From contig DVNB01000024.1 of the NCBI GenBank assembly GCA_018714695.1, positions 2,563 to 66,562 on the forward strand: a stretch of 64,000 bases of DNA. The letters run 5' to 3'. Origin of the DNA: Candidatus Ornithomonoglobus merdipullorum (GTDB lineage: Bacteria; Bacillota; Clostridia; UBA1381). Both the position numbers and the translations under genes were made by a program. Numbering within the stretch: the first letter of the stretch is position 1; each line of letters opens with the position of its first letter. The notes under the pieces were generated by a model, which was not told the DNA's origin, ran no database searches, and was given only the letters and a program-made list of their open reading frames with translations. This document shows, one piece after another, positions 18,006-29,029 of the stretch.

Positions 18006-18782
18006 ATGGGACAGAAGGTTAATCCGCATGGACTCAGAGTCGGAGTGATCAAGGACTGGGACTCAAAATGGTTCGCAGGCAAAAAGGAATTCGGAGACCA
18101 GTTGGTTGAGGATCACAACATAAGAAAGTTTGTAAAGAAGAACTGCTACAGTGCCGGCGTCGCTAAGATCGGTATCGAGAGAAAGCAGAACAGAATATTC
18201 ATAACGATCCACGCTGCAAAGCCGGGCATCATAATCGGACGCGGAGGCGCGGAGATCGATAAGCTCAAGGCTCAGCTTGAGAAGCTTACGAAGAAGACTG
18301 TAAACGTTAATATCATGGAGGTTAAGAATCCGGATACAAACGCGCAGCTCGTTGCGGAGAACATCGCTGCACAGCTCGAGGCTCGTATTTCGTTCAGACG
18401 TGCTATGAAGCAGGTTATGGGCAGAGCTATGAGAATGGGCGTTAAGGGTATAAAGACTGCGGTTGCAGGACGTGTAGGCGGAGCCGAGATCGCAAGAACG
18501 GAGCAGTATCACGAGGGAACGATCCCGCTGCAGACTCTTCGTGCTGATATCGACTACGGATTTGCTGAGGCAAAGACGACTTACGGAATCCTTGGCGTTA
18601 AGGTTTGGATCTACAAGGGTGAGATCTTGAACGTTGCCGAGGGCAGAAAGAGAGAAGCCGAGGCTCAGGCTAAGGAGAACAACCGCCGCGACAACAGACG
18701 CAGAGGCGGAAGAGGACGTCAGGGCGGCGAGAGACGCGAGAGACGTGAAAGACGTGACGACTCAAAAGGAGGAAAGCAGTAA
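18006..18782 (+). CDS. rpsC: 30S ribosomal protein S3 with an Arg/Glu/Gly-rich C-terminal extension
   Basis: 258 aa, [13 protein letters not shown]. It has KH and S3_C regions, then a ~45-aa tail: [28 protein letters not shown]. Confidence 0.97.
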   Translation: MGQKVNPHGLRVGVIKDWDSKWFAGKKEFGDQLVEDHNIRKFVKKNCYSAGVAKIGIERKQNRIFITIHAAKPGIIIGRGGAEIDKLKAQLEKLTKKTVNVNIMEVKNPDTNAQLVAENIAAQLEARISFRRAMKQVMGRAMRMGVKGIKTAVAGRVGGAEIARTEQYHEGTIPLQTLRADIDYGFAEAKTTYGILGVKVWIYKGEILNVAEGRKREAEAQAKENNRRDNRRRGGRGRQGGERRERRERRDDSKGGKQ

Positions 18783-19204
18783 TGTTAATACCTAAGAGAG
18801 TTAAATTCAGACGCGTTATGCGCGGCAGAATGAAGGGCAAGGCTCTTCGCGGAAATAAGGTTACCAACGGTTCATACGGTCTTCAGGCAACAGAGCCGGC
18901 ATGGATAACATCTAGACAGATCGAGGCAGCCCGTATCGCTATGACAAGATACATCAAGCGTGGCGGTAAGGTTTGGATAAAGATATTCCCGGACAAGCCG
19001 GTAACAGCAAAGCCGGCAGGCGTTCGAATGGGTAAAGGTAAGGGTGCTCCGGAGTACTGGGTAGCAGTAGTTAAGCCGGGCAGAGTATTGTTCGAAATGG
19101 ACGGTATCTCGGAGGAAGTTGCAAGAGAGGCTATGCGTCTCGCAATGCACAAGCTCCCGATCAAGTGTAAGTTTGTAAAACGTGAGGATGGTGAGCAGTC
19201 ATGA
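18782..19204 (+). CDS. rplP: 50S ribosomal protein L16
   Basis: 140 aa, [11 protein letters not shown], with a TAATG overlap onto rpsC. Confidence 0.98.
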   Translation: MLIPKRVKFRRVMRGRMKGKALRGNKVTNGSYGLQATEPAWITSRQIEAARIAMTRYIKRGGKVWIKIFPDKPVTAKPAGVRMGKGKGAPEYWVAVVKPGRVLFEMDGISEEVAREAMRLAMHKLPIKCKFVKREDGEQS

Positions 19205-19404
19205 GAATAAACGAAATCAGAGATTTATCAACCGCTGAGCTCGAGTCAAAGCTGCAGGAATGCAAGCAGGAGCTGTTTAATCTGCGTTTTCAGAAGGCAG
19301 TAAATCAGTTGGAGAATCCCAAGAGAATAGGTGAGGTCAAGAAGACCATAGCTCGTATTCTTACGATCATTCATGAGCGTGAGCTTACCGGCTCTGCCAT
19401 GTAA
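19201..19404 (+). CDS. rpmC: 50S ribosomal protein L29
   Basis: 67 aa, [27 protein letters not shown], with an ATGA overlap onto rplP. Confidence 0.96.
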   Translation: MRINEIRDLSTAELESKLQECKQELFNLRFQKAVNQLENPKRIGEVKKTIARILTIIHERELTGSAM

Positions 19405-19430
19405 TTATTGCTTGAAAGGAGGCACTTATC

Positions 19431-19688
19431 TTGGAAACAAGAAACAGACGTAAGGTAATGATCGGCAAGGTAGTCAGCAACAAGATGGATAAGACTATCG
19501 TTGTCGCAATTGAATATAAAGTAAAGCATCCGCTCTACGGCAAGATCGTAAAGCGCACCTATAAGCTTAAGGCACATGATGAAGAGAACGTATGCAGCAT
19601 CGGTGACAAGGTTAAGGTAATGGAAACAAGACCTCTCTCAAAGGACAAGAGATGGAGATTGGTAGAAATAGTAGAAAAGGTTAAGTAA
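19431..19688 (+). CDS. rpsQ: 30S ribosomal protein S17
   Basis: 85 aa, [19 protein letters not shown], with a TTG start after AAAGGAGG. Confidence 0.96.
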   Translation: METRNRRKVMIGKVVSNKMDKTIVVAIEYKVKHPLYGKIVKRTYKLKAHDEENVCSIGDKVKVMETRPLSKDKRWRLVEIVEKVK

Positions 19689-19713
19689 GCTATTTCGGAA
19701 GGAGGATTTCGTA

Positions 19714-20082
19714 ATGATTCAGGTACAGACACGCTTGAAGGTTGCCGATAACACAGGTGCCAAGGAGGTTATGTGCATCCGCGTTATGGGCGGCTCAAAA
19801 AAGAGATATGCGGCTGTCGGCGATGAAATAATCTGCAGCGTCAAAAAGGCAACACCAGGCGGCGTTGTTAAAAAGGGCGACGTTGTTAAGGCGGTAGTTG
19901 TCAGAACAGTTAATATGTCAAAACGTGCTGACGGTTCATATATAAGATTCGACGAAAATGCAGCTGTTATCGTAAGAGACGATAAGAACCCGAGAGGTAC
20001 TCGTATATTCGGGCCGGTTGCGAGAGAGCTCAGAGATAAAGAATACATGAAGATTCTTTCATTGGCTCCGGAAGTTCTTTAA
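19714..20082 (+). CDS. rplN: 50S ribosomal protein L14
   Basis: 122 aa, [17 protein letters not shown]. Confidence 0.98.
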   Translation: MIQVQTRLKVADNTGAKEVMCIRVMGGSKKRYAAVGDEIICSVKKATPGGVVKKGDVVKAVVVRTVNMSKRADGSYIRFDENAAVIVRDDKNPRGTRIFGPVARELRDKEYMKILSLAPEVL

Positions 20083-20101
20083 TTTTAGGAGGAAGTCGAG
20101 A

Positions 20102-20425
20102 ATGAATAAAATGCATGTAAAAAGAGGCGATATCGTAAAGGTCATCGCCGGCAAGGATAAGGGTAAGGAAGGCAAGGTCGTAGAGGCTATCCCTTCGAAG
20201 AACAAGGTCATCGTTGAGGGCGTTGCAACTGCGAAGAGACATCAGAAGGCAAGAGTACAGGGCCAGGAGAGCGGTATCATCCACAAGGATATGCCCATCG
20301 ACGCATCGAACGTAATGCGCGTATGCCCGAAGTGCGGTAAGGCTGCCAAGACCGGAGTAAAGATCCTTGAGGACGGCTCAAAGGTAAGGTACTGCAAGAA
20401 GTGCAACGAGACTTACAACGATTGA
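20102..20425 (+). CDS. rplX: 50S ribosomal protein L24 (with a Cys4 motif in the C-terminal part)
   Basis: 107 aa with a KOW motif (VKRGDIVKVIAGKDKGKEG). The C-terminus carries CPKC...CKKC. Confidence 0.96.
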   Translation: MNKMHVKRGDIVKVIAGKDKGKEGKVVEAIPSKNKVIVEGVATAKRHQKARVQGQESGIIHKDMPIDASNVMRVCPKCGKAAKTGVKILEDGSKVRYCKKCNETYND

Positions 20426-20444
20426 TGAGAGGGGGTAAACGATA

Positions 20445-20984
20445 ATGAGTAGATTACAGGATAAATATAATCAGGAAATCGCGCCGGCTCTCATGAGTAA
20501 GTTTGGTTACAAGAGCGTAATGCAGATCCCGAAGCTCTCGAAGATCACAATAAATATCGGTCTCGGCGAGGCTAAGGAGAACTCAAAGGTAATAGACGCT
20601 GCTTGCAGCGATCTTGCGGCTATAACAGGTCAGAAGCCGGTTATAACACGCGCAAGAAAGTCGGTAGCTAACTTCAAGCTCAGAGAGGGCATGGTTATCG
20701 GATGCAAGGTTACTCTGAGACGTGACAAAATGTACGAGTTCATGGACAGACTTTTCAATGTAGCTCTGCCGCGAGTACGTGACTTCAGAGGTATAAGCGC
20801 AAACGGCTTTGACGGAAGAGGAAACTTCTCTTTCGGTATCAAGGAGCAGCTTATCTTCCCGGAGATCGACTATGATAAGATCGATAAGATCAGAGGAATG
20901 GACATCAACTTTGTTACAACGGCAAACACAGACGAAGAGGCGCGCGAGCTTTTGAAGATGTTCGGCGCACCGTTCCAGGCGTAA
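20445..20984 (+). CDS. rplE: 50S ribosomal protein L5
   Basis: 179 aa, [29 protein letters not shown]. Confidence 0.98.
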   Translation: MSRLQDKYNQEIAPALMSKFGYKSVMQIPKLSKITINIGLGEAKENSKVIDAACSDLAAITGQKPVITRARKSVANFKLREGMVIGCKVTLRRDKMYEFMDRLFNVALPRVRDFRGISANGFDGRGNFSFGIKEQLIFPEIDYDKIDKIRGMDINFVTTANTDEEARELLKMFGAPFQA

Positions 20985-21008
20985 TCATAGTTTAAGGAGG
21001 AACAAATC

Positions 21009-21194
21009 ATGGCTAAAACTTCTATGAAGGTTAAACAGCAGAGAAAACCGAAGTACCAGACACAGTACTATACGAGATGCAAGATCTGCGGAAGACCGCA
21101 TGCGTATCTCCGCAAGTTTGGTATCTGCCGTATCTGCTTCAGAGAGCTTGCATACAAGGGTCAGATCCCGGGTGTAAGAAAGGCAAGCTGGTAA
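21009..21194 (+). CDS. rpsZ: 30S ribosomal protein S14 type Z (zinc-binding)
   Basis: 61 aa, [23 protein letters not shown]. Confidence 0.96.
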   Translation: MAKTSMKVKQQRKPKYQTQYYTRCKICGRPHAYLRKFGICRICFRELAYKGQIPGVRKASW

Positions 21195-21281
21195 TTGACC
21201 GCGAACAGATATATAAATTTTTGTGGTTCGAAACACGTCAGCGGCAAGCTTAACCGTTGCCGCGGAAGGAGGTAAACTTAA

Positions 21282-21680
21282 ATGCAAATCACTGATCCTA
21301 TCGCTGACTTGCTTACAAGAATCAGAAATGCCAATACTTCAAAGCACGATACCGTTGACTGTCCGTCATCGAGAATGAAGAAGGCTATCGTGGAGATTCT
21401 TGCTAACGAAGGATATATCAAGAGCTATCAGGTCATAGACGACGGAAAACAGGGTGTTATAAGAATAACACTTAAGTACAGCCCGTCGGGAGAAAAGGTT
21501 ATTTCGGGACTCAAGAGAGTTTCAAAGCCGGGTCTCAGATATTACGCAGGTGCCGACGAGATGCCGAAGGTATTGAACGGACTCGGAACTGCCATCGTAT
21601 CGACCTCAAAGGGTATAATGACTGATAAAGAAGCGCGCAAGGAGCACATCGGCGGCGAGGTGCTCGCATTCGTATGGTAA
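21282..21680 (+). CDS. rpsH: 30S ribosomal protein S8
   Basis: 132 aa, [17 protein letters not shown]. Confidence 0.98.
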   Translation: MQITDPIADLLTRIRNANTSKHDTVDCPSSRMKKAIVEILANEGYIKSYQVIDDGKQGVIRITLKYSPSGEKVISGLKRVSKPGLRYYAGADEMPKVLNGLGTAIVSTSKGIMTDKEARKEHIGGEVLAFVW

Positions 21681-21807
21681 TCCGGTAAGGATCCGCGCAG
21701 AGCCGGGGAATGTCCCCGGCGCAACAGATGAGTATAGTCCCGTAAGGGATTTATATAACTGAAAACCTGCTGTGTGCAGAGAGAATTTAAGTTAGGAGGA
21801 TAAACCT

Positions 21808-22356
21808 ATGTCAAGAATAGGTAGACTGCCGATAACGATTCCCGCGGGAGTTAAGGTAGATGTCAGCGATGACAATGTCATCACTGTAAAAGGTGCAAAG
21901 GAAACTTTGACAAGAACACTTCATCCGGATATGAAGATAGTGATCGAGGGCGATACGCTCACGGTTGTAAGACCTTCGGACGACAAGCTTCACAGATCGC
22001 TTCACGGTCTTACAAGAACGCTCGTAAACAACATGATCATCGGTGTTACCGAGGGCTTCACAAAGGCTCTTGAGATCAACGGTGTAGGTTACAGAGCACA
22101 GATGAAGGGCAAGGTTCTCACGCTCGGACTTGGTTATTCGCACCCCGTTGAGTTTGAGGCTGAGGAGGGCATCACGATAGAGGTTCCCCAGCCGAACCAG
22201 ATACTCGTTAAGGGCGCAAACAAGGAGCGCGTAGGAGCTGTCGCAGCAAAGATCAGAAGCTTCAGAGCTCCCGAGCCGTATAAGGGCAAGGGTATAAAGT
22301 ACGCTGATGAGCACATCAGACGTAAAGAAGGAAAAGCCGGAGCGAAGAAGAAATAA
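21808..22356 (+). CDS. rplF: 50S ribosomal protein L6
   Basis: 182 aa, [17 protein letters not shown]. Confidence 0.98.
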   Translation: MSRIGRLPITIPAGVKVDVSDDNVITVKGAKETLTRTLHPDMKIVIEGDTLTVVRPSDDKLHRSLHGLTRTLVNNMIIGVTEGFTKALEINGVGYRAQMKGKVLTLGLGYSHPVEFEAEEGITIEVPQPNQILVKGANKERVGAVAAKIRSFRAPEPYKGKGIKYADEHIRRKEGKAGAKKK

Positions 22357-22376
22357 TTGAAAGGAGTGTTCTTATA

Positions 22377-22736
22377 ATGATAAAAATGAAAGATAAAAAC
22401 AAGGCAAGAATGAAGCGTCATTACAGAGTAAGAAAGAACATCTCCGGTACTGCGGAGAGACCTCGTCTTAACGTATTCAGAAGCTTAAACCATATATACG
22501 CTCAGGTGATCGATGATACAAAGGGTGTTACACTCGTAGCAGCGTCAAGCCTTGACAAGGGCTTTGAGGGCTACGGCGGCAACGTAGAGGGTGCCAAGGC
22601 TGTCGGCAAGGCAGTTGCGGAGAAGGCTCTTGCCGCAGGTATCAAGTCTGTCGTATTTGACAGAGGCGGTTACGTATATCACGGTAGGGTTGCCGCTCTT
22701 GCGGAAGGCGCAAGAGAAGGCGGCTTGGAATTCTAA
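22377..22736 (+). CDS. rplR: 50S ribosomal protein L18
   Basis: 119 aa, [23 protein letters not shown]. Confidence 0.97.
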   Translation: MIKMKDKNKARMKRHYRVRKNISGTAERPRLNVFRSLNHIYAQVIDDTKGVTLVAASSLDKGFEGYGGNVEGAKAVGKAVAEKALAAGIKSVVFDRGGYVYHGRVAALAEGAREGGLEF

Positions 22737-22755
22737 TATAAGGAGGATAAGTCAA

Positions 22756-23259
22756 GTGACTGAAAGAATTGACGCTAAGGATTTAGAGCTCGAAGAGAAC
22801 GTTGTCGCTATAAACCGTGTCGCTAAGACGGTCAAGGGCGGACGTACAATGAGATTCAGCGCGCTTGTTGTCGTTGGAGACGGCAACGGTATCGTCGGAA
22901 GCGGTTCGGGTAAGGCTGCCGAGATCCCCGAGGCTATAAGAAAGGGCATCGAAGCCGCAAAGAAGAACCTTATCAGAGTTCCGCTGGTAGGTACAACGAT
23001 ACCGCATGAGGTCATCGGTGTTGACGGCGCCGGAAAGGTTCTCCTCAAGCCGGCCAGCGAAGGTACAGGTGTTATTGCCGGCGGTGCAGCTCGTGCCGTT
23101 CTTGAGCTTGCAGGTATAAAGGACATCAGAACAAAGTGTCTGCGTTCAAACAATAAGCGTAACGTAGTAAATGCTACTATTCAGGGTCTTTCGGAACTCA
23201 AGAGCGCCGAGGAAGTTGCAAAGCTTCGCGGCAAGACCGTAGACCAGATCATGGGTTAA
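22756..23259 (+). CDS. rpsE: 30S ribosomal protein S5
   Basis: [26 protein letters not shown]. The track ORF (22591) overlaps rplR, so the start is trimmed to the in-frame GTG at 22756, 9 nt after AGGAGG. Confidence 0.95.
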   Translation: MTERIDAKDLELEENVVAINRVAKTVKGGRTMRFSALVVVGDGNGIVGSGSGKAAEIPEAIRKGIEAAKKNLIRVPLVGTTIPHEVIGVDGAGKVLLKPASEGTGVIAGGAARAVLELAGIKDIRTKCLRSNNKRNVVNATIQGLSELKSAEEVAKLRGKTVDQIMG

Positions 23260-23303
23260 TGGGAACGGAAACTGTTCACGTTAGCAGAAAGGAATGGTAA
23301 AGT

Positions 23304-23483
23304 ATGTCTAAGTTAAAGATCACTTTGGTCAAGAGCACGATCGGCAGAAAGCAGAATCAGATAAAGACAGTCGAAGCTCTCGGCCTTAAAAAGATCCGTT
23401 CTGTGGTAGAGCACAACGATACACCGCAGATCAGAGGAATGATAAACACAGTGTCACACCTTGTGACAGTTGAAGAAGTTTGA
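23304..23483 (+). CDS. rpmD: 50S ribosomal protein L30
   Basis: 59 aa, below the track cutoff; hand translation gives [59 protein letters not shown]. Canonical position between rpsE and rplO. Confidence 0.93.
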   Translation: MSKLKITLVKSTIGRKQNQIKTVEALGLKKIRSVVEHNDTPQIRGMINTVSHLVTVEEV

Positions 23484-23500
23484 GCAAGGAGGTGCAGCGA

Positions 23501-23941
23501 ATGAGAATCGAAGAATTGAAACCCGCAGCTGGTTCAACTCACAGAAAGAAGATCGTAGGCCGCGGCATCGGCTCAGGCGTAGGCAAGACTTCGGGCAGAG
23601 GTCATAAGGGTCAGAAGGCAAGAAGCGGCGGCGGCGTAAGACCGGGTTTTGAGGGCGGTCAGATGCCGTTGTACAGACGTTTGCCGAAGCGCGGCTTCAC
23701 GAATATCTTCGCGAAGAAGTATGTGGCGGTAAATGTTGAAGTTCTTGACAAGTTCAATGACGGTGACGAAGTAACAGCTGAGACAATGCTCGAGAAGGGC
23801 ATCATCAGCAAGGTTTGCGACGGTGTCAAAATACTCGGCAGAGGCGAGGTAACAAAGAAGCTCAACGTTAAGGCAGCTAAGATCAGCGCATCAGCTAAAG
23901 AAAAAATAGAAAAGGCAGGCGGAAAGGCTGAGGTGATGTAA
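23501..23941 (+). CDS. rplO: 50S ribosomal protein L15
   Basis: [25 protein letters not shown]. Start trimmed to the ATG at 23501, after AAGGAGG. Confidence 0.96.
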   Translation: MRIEELKPAAGSTHRKKIVGRGIGSGVGKTSGRGHKGQKARSGGGVRPGFEGGQMPLYRRLPKRGFTNIFAKKYVAVNVEVLDKFNDGDEVTAETMLEKGIISKVCDGVKILGRGEVTKKLNVKAAKISASAKEKIEKAGGKAEVM

Positions 23942-23942
23942 G

Positions 23943-25265
23943 ATGCTCGAAACGATCAGAAACGCATGGAAAATTCCTGATTTGAGACGCAGAATCTTAT
24001 TCACACTCTTCATGCTGATCGTATTCAGATTCGGAGCTCATATCCCGGTTCCGTATCTCAGCGCGGAAGCAATGCAGGCCTTCCTTGCCGGCGGCGGCGG
24101 CGGTATGGACCTGTTCAACCTGTTTGATACCTTCACCGGAGGCGCTTTCTCAAATGCGACAGTGCTTGCGATGGGTGTTTCGCCGTACATCAACGCATCG
24201 ATCATAATCCAGCTATTGACTGTGGCGATACCGTCACTGGAAAGACTGGCGAAAGAGGGCGTTGAGGGAAGAAAGAAGATAAACAAGATCACACGATACT
24301 TAGGTATAATACTCGCATTCGTGCAGGGTGCGGGGCTATATGTAACGCTTTACAATATGGGCAGTGCCATAACGAATCCAAGTGTTGTGACCTTCTTCAT
24401 AATCGTACTGACCTTTACGGCGGGTACGGCGTTTATCGTATGGATCGGTGAGCAGATCACCGAGAAGGGTCTCGGAAACGGTGTATCGATGATCATTTTC
24501 GCAGGTATCGTATCAAGAATACCGAGTGCGGGAAGATCGATATTCAACACATACGTATCCGGTACCGGCTATAGCCCGCTTGGGATAATCGAGGCTTTAG
24601 TAATTTTGGTAGTAGCAATAGCAGCGATAGTTCTCGTTGTTTACTTCACAAATGCGGAGAGAAGAATTGCTGTTCAGTATGCAAAGAGAGTCGTTGGAAG
24701 AAAGATGTACGGCGGTCAGAGCACAAATATACCGATAAAGGTAGCTGCCGGAGGCGTTATGCCGATCATCTTCGCATCGTCAATCATGGCATTTCCGTCA
24801 ACGATCGTTCGTCTTCTTAACGGCGGCAATGTTCCGACAACAGGAATCGGCGGAACTATATTGAACTGCCTCTCATCAACAGGACCTGTGTGGACAACGG
24901 TAGTATACTGTATCCTTTACTTCCTGCTGATAATATTCTTCACTTACTTCTATTCGACGATCCAGTTCAATCCGATTGAGATGTCGAATAACATCAAGAA
25001 GAGCGGCGGCTATATACCGGGTATAAGACCGGGTAAGCCGACGAGCGACTTTATATCAAGGATAACCTCAAGACTCAACCTTATCGGTTCGCTGTTCTTG
25101 GGCATCATAGCGGTACTTCCGGTAATAATCGGTAGTATCACGGGCAATATGTCACTTCAGATCGGCGGTACATCGCTTCTGATCATGGTCGGCGTGGCGC
25201 TCGAAACTGTAAGACAGATAGAATCCCAGATGGTGCTTCGCCATTACAAAGGATTTCTTGAATAA
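23943..25265 (+). CDS. secY: preprotein translocase subunit SecY
   Basis: 440 aa, polytopic, with the canonical position after rplO. Confidence 0.97.
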   Translation: MLETIRNAWKIPDLRRRILFTLFMLIVFRFGAHIPVPYLSAEAMQAFLAGGGGGMDLFNLFDTFTGGAFSNATVLAMGVSPYINASIIIQLLTVAIPSLERLAKEGVEGRKKINKITRYLGIILAFVQGAGLYVTLYNMGSAITNPSVVTFFIIVLTFTAGTAFIVWIGEQITEKGLGNGVSMIIFAGIVSRIPSAGRSIFNTYVSGTGYSPLGIIEALVILVVAIAAIVLVVYFTNAERRIAVQYAKRVVGRKMYGGQSTNIPIKVAAGGVMPIIFASSIMAFPSTIVRLLNGGNVPTTGIGGTILNCLSSTGPVWTTVVYCILYFLLIIFFTYFYSTIQFNPIEMSNNIKKSGGYIPGIRPGKPTSDFISRITSRLNLIGSLFLGIIAVLPVIIGSITGNMSLQIGGTSLLIMVGVALETVRQIESQMVLRHYKGFLE

Positions 25266-25358
25266 ACAATTCGGCAAGGGCAGAAACGGAAAATACCGCG
25301 CATGGATGACGCGGTATTCCGGGATCCCTGACCGTATGTGAACGGAAAGGAAGGGTAA

Positions 25359-26003
25359 ATGACTATGAAACTGATTCTTATGGGACCGCCCGGAGCAGGC
25401 AAGGGCACACAGGGCGAAATACTGGAAAAGAAGCTTGGTATCAGTACTATTTCAACAGGTCTGATGCTGAGGACGGCAATCAAAGAACAGACCGAGGTCG
25501 GCAAGCTCGCAGAGAAGTATATAAACGACGGCAAGCTCGTACCGGATGAAGTTATGGTTGAGATCGTTAAGCAGCGATTGGCTCAGCCCGACTGTGAAAA
25601 CGGATTTATCCTTGATGGATTTCCGCGGACAACGGCTCAGGCGGAGGCTCTTGACGAGGCCGGAGTAAAGATCGATAAGGTGCTTCTCCTCGAGGTGGAG
25701 GACGAGAAGATAGTTGAGAGGCTGTCCTCGCGCAGGGAGTGCTCAAAATGCGGCGCACCGTATAATATCGTATCGAAGAAGCCGGCAGTTGAAGGAAAAT
25801 GTGACAGCTGCGGCGGCGAACTCATACAGCGTAAGGACGATGTTCCTGAGACGATCCGCAAGAGACTCAATGTATATCATGAGCAGACGGAGCCGATCAA
25901 GAACTATTACGCCGAGAAGGGCATACTTGCCGTTGCAAAAGGAGAAGAGGAGCTCAAGGATACTACGGCAAACGTAGCAAGGGCTCTGGGACTTGGAGAG
26001 TGA
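25359..26003 (+). CDS. adk: adenylate kinase (Cys4 lid)
   Basis: P-loop GPPGAGKGTQ and lid CSKCGAPY...CDSCGGEL. The start may be the second ATG at 25365 (MKLILMG). Confidence 0.96.
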   Translation: MTMKLILMGPPGAGKGTQGEILEKKLGISTISTGLMLRTAIKEQTEVGKLAEKYINDGKLVPDEVMVEIVKQRLAQPDCENGFILDGFPRTTAQAEALDEAGVKIDKVLLLEVEDEKIVERLSSRRECSKCGAPYNIVSKKPAVEGKCDSCGGELIQRKDDVPETIRKRLNVYHEQTEPIKNYYAEKGILAVAKGEEELKDTTANVARALGLGE

Positions 26004-26007
26004 TTTG

Positions 26008-26754
26008 ATGATATCCATTAAATCTGCCAAACAGATTGAAAAAATGCGCGAGTCATGCAAGCTCACAAAGGAGCTGTTTCTGATACTCGAGGACATGGTA
26101 AAGCCGGGAGTATCAACGCTCGAGCTTGACAAGGCAGCATATAATTTCTATAAAAAACATGGCGCAACGCCGAATTTCCTGAATTATGACGGCTATCCCG
26201 CTACTATCTGCGCGTCGGTAAACGACGAGGTGGTTCACGGCATCCCGTCAAAGCACAAGGTGCTCAAAGACGGGGACATCATAAGTATAGACATGGGCTG
26301 CATACTTGACGGCTGGCACAGCGACGCTGCGAGAACATTCGCGGTCGGAAAGATCAGTGAAGAGGCGCAGAGGCTTATAGATGTGACAAGGGAAAGCTTC
26401 TTTGAGGGAATAAAGAAGGTTAAGCACGGCGCAAAGCTCGGTGATTTGTCTGCCGCGATCCAGAATTACGTTGAATCCAACGGATATGGGGTCGTCAGAG
26501 ATCTCGTTGGACACGGTATCGGCAGACTGATGCATGAGGATCCGAGCGTGCCGAATTTCGGCAAGGCCGGTCACGGCGTAAAGCTTGCGGCGGGAATGGC
26601 GCTTGCGGTAGAGCCGATGGTAACCGCGGGAGATTATCATGTGAGCGTGCTCGATGATGACTGGACCGTGGTGACTGATGACGGCAGTCTGGCGGCGCAT
26701 TATGAGAATACGATCATTGTGACCCGAGAGGGCTGCGAGATCCTCACGCTGTAA
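26008..26754 (+). CDS. map: type I methionine aminopeptidase
   Basis: 248 aa from the ATG at 26008 (the track's TTG at 25993 overlaps adk). Has the metal-ligand pattern D..D...H...E...E typical of MetAP. Confidence 0.95.
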   Translation: MISIKSAKQIEKMRESCKLTKELFLILEDMVKPGVSTLELDKAAYNFYKKHGATPNFLNYDGYPATICASVNDEVVHGIPSKHKVLKDGDIISIDMGCILDGWHSDAARTFAVGKISEEAQRLIDVTRESFFEGIKKVKHGAKLGDLSAAIQNYVESNGYGVVRDLVGHGIGRLMHEDPSVPNFGKAGHGVKLAAGMALAVEPMVTAGDYHVSVLDDDWTVVTDDGSLAAHYENTIIVTREGCEILTL

Positions 26755-26764
26755 GAGGTGTGCT

Positions 26765-27022
26765 ATGGAATATTGTGTCGGACAGCTCGTCAGGTCGAAG
26801 GCCGGACGGGATAAAGGATCGGATTTTATCGTTTTAAAAGTTGAAAACGATTATGTCTATGTCGCCGACGGCAGTGTGCGCAGACTTGAAAATCCAAAAA
26901 AGAAGAAGCTTAAGCATGTGCAGCCAAGCGGTAAGATCGCGCACGAGATCGCGGACTTACTTGAGAGCGGCACACTTGAGAATTATATTATCAGAAATAT
27001 ATTGAAGCGGCTGAACTCATAA
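26765..27022 (+). CDS. KOW-domain RNA-binding protein (map-infA spacer gene of Clostridia)
   Basis: 85 aa with the KOW-like motif [22 protein letters not shown]. It sits between map and infA. Confidence 0.7.
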   Translation: MEYCVGQLVRSKAGRDKGSDFIVLKVENDYVYVADGSVRRLENPKKKKLKHVQPSGKIAHEIADLLESGTLENYIIRNILKRLNS

Positions 27023-27035
27023 AGGAGCAGAGAAT

Positions 27036-27254
27036 ATGGCTAAGGATGACGTTTTGGAAGTTGAAGGCACGGTTGTTGAGACTCTGCCGAATGCGAATTT
27101 TAAAGTAGAGCTTGGAAATGGTCACACTGTACTGGCACATATTTCAGGCAAGCTGAGAATGAACTACATTAAGATTTTACCGGGCGATAAGGTCACGATG
27201 GAGATGAGTCCGTATGACCTGACACGCGGCAGAATAACATGGCGTTCCAAATAA
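27036..27254 (+). CDS. infA: translation initiation factor IF-1
   Basis: 72 aa, [26 protein letters not shown]. Confidence 0.98.
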   Translation: MAKDDVLEVEGTVVETLPNANFKVELGNGHTVLAHISGKLRMNYIKILPGDKVTMEMSPYDLTRGRITWRSK

Positions 27255-27259
27255 TATAA

Positions 27260-27397
<138 letters not shown>

Positions 27398-27466
27398 GTT
27401 TCGCACCAATGGTTTTAAGAAACAACACTATTTTTTGATGATATCTTTATGGAGGTGTAGAAAAGT

Positions 27467-27835
27467 ATGGCAAGAATAGCAGGTGTTGATTTACCGAGAG
27501 ACAAGAGAGTTGAAGTTGGTCTTACTTATATCTACGGAATAGGCCTTAAGAGCAGTCAGAAGATACTCGCTCAGAACGGCATAAATCCGGATACAAGAGT
27601 AAAGGATCTTACAGATGCAGAGGTAAACTCTCTTCGTGAAACGATTGACAGAGAATATACGGTTGAGGGTGATCTGAGAAGACAGGTTGCTTTGGACATT
27701 AAGCGTCTGATGGAGATAGGATGCTACAGAGGCATCAGACACAGAAAGGGCCTTCCTGTAAGAGGACAGAATACCAAGAATAATGCAAGAACCCGCAAAG
27801 GTCCGGCAAAGACCATAGCAGGTAAAAAGAAATAA
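27467..27835 (+). CDS. rpsM: 30S ribosomal protein S13
   Basis: 122 aa, [15 protein letters not shown]. Confidence 0.98.
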   Translation: MARIAGVDLPRDKRVEVGLTYIYGIGLKSSQKILAQNGINPDTRVKDLTDAEVNSLRETIDREYTVEGDLRRQVALDIKRLMEIGCYRGIRHRKGLPVRGQNTKNNARTRKGPAKTIAGKKK

Positions 27836-27854
27836 TTAAGGAGGGACTACGTAA

Positions 27855-28253
27855 ATGGCTAAAGTAGCAAGAAAAGCGACGCGTACACGCCGTCGTGACA
27901 GAAAAAACGTTGAAAAGGGTGCAGCTCATATCCGCTCGACCTTTAATAATACAATAGTTACAATCACTGACACTGCCGGAAATGCGATCTCGTGGGCAAG
28001 TGCGGGCGGTCTCGGCTTCAGAGGCTCAAGAAAGAGCACTCCATTCGCTGCTCAGACAGCAGCAGAGACAGCGGCGAAGGTTGCAAAAGAGCACGGAATG
28101 AAGACCGTTGAAGTTTACGTAAAGGGTCCCGGCGCAGGCCGTGAAGCAGCAATAAGAGCTCTTGAGGCAACAGGTCTCAGTGTAACGATGATAAAGGACG
28201 TTACACCTATTCCGCACAACGGATGCAGACCGCCGAAGAGAAGAAGAGTCTGA
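27855..28253 (+). CDS. rpsK: 30S ribosomal protein S11
   Basis: 132 aa, [15 protein letters not shown]...[16 protein letters not shown]. Confidence 0.98.
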   Translation: MAKVARKATRTRRRDRKNVEKGAAHIRSTFNNTIVTITDTAGNAISWASAGGLGFRGSRKSTPFAAQTAAETAAKVAKEHGMKTVEVYVKGPGAGREAAIRALEATGLSVTMIKDVTPIPHNGCRPPKRRRV

Positions 28254-28282
28254 TCAGTGAATTTGTATAGGAGGTTAATAGC

Positions 28283-28876
28283 ATGGCAAGAAATATGCAG
28301 CCGATAGTTAGAAGATGCAAAACTCTGGGCATTGAGCCGTCGGTTATGGGATACGATAAGAGCACAAGAAGAAATCCGAAGCAGTCAAGGAAAAAGCAGT
28401 CGGAGTACGGCATTCAGCTCAACGAGAAGCAGAAGGTAAAGTTCATTTACGGAATTCTTGAGAAGCAGTTTGCAAAGTACTATGAGATGGCTAACAAGCA
28501 GGCAGGAATCACAGGTCAGAACCTGCTCCAGATCCTCGAGTCAAGACTTGACAACGTAGTATTCAGGCTCGGACTTGCAAATACACGTAAAGAGGCTCGT
28601 CAGCTTGTAAACCACGCACATATCCTCGTAAACGGCAAGAAGGTAGATATTCCGTCATACCTTGTTAAGCCCGGCGACGTTGTAAGCATCAGAGAGAAGA
28701 GCAAGTCATCGCCGAGAATAAAGGAAATAGTTGAGCAGAACGAAAAGAGAGTAATTCCGAAGTGGCTCAGTATGGACAAGAACAAGCTCGAAGGCAGAGT
28801 TCTTCAGCTTGCTGACCGTGACGATATAGATTACGAAGTAGAGGAACACCTTATCGTCGAGTTCTATTCAAAATAA
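28283..28876 (+). CDS. rpsD: 30S ribosomal protein S4
   Basis: 197 aa with an S4 RNA-binding domain ([34 protein letters not shown]). Confidence 0.96.
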   Translation: MARNMQPIVRRCKTLGIEPSVMGYDKSTRRNPKQSRKKQSEYGIQLNEKQKVKFIYGILEKQFAKYYEMANKQAGITGQNLLQILESRLDNVVFRLGLANTRKEARQLVNHAHILVNGKKVDIPSYLVKPGDVVSIREKSKSSPRIKEIVEQNEKRVIPKWLSMDKNKLEGRVLQLADRDDIDYEVEEHLIVEFYSK

Positions 28877-29029
28877 TAAGGCTTACCGCGTCCGGAAATG
28901 CGTATTTATATGCATTCCGGCTGTTTCGCGGAAAAGACGATTACACGTTACCCTCGGTAAGTGGATATGATATAAGTTTCAGATTGACCAAGCTGCAGGT
29001 CAGTTAAAGTGAAGAAGGAGGGTTCCGAT

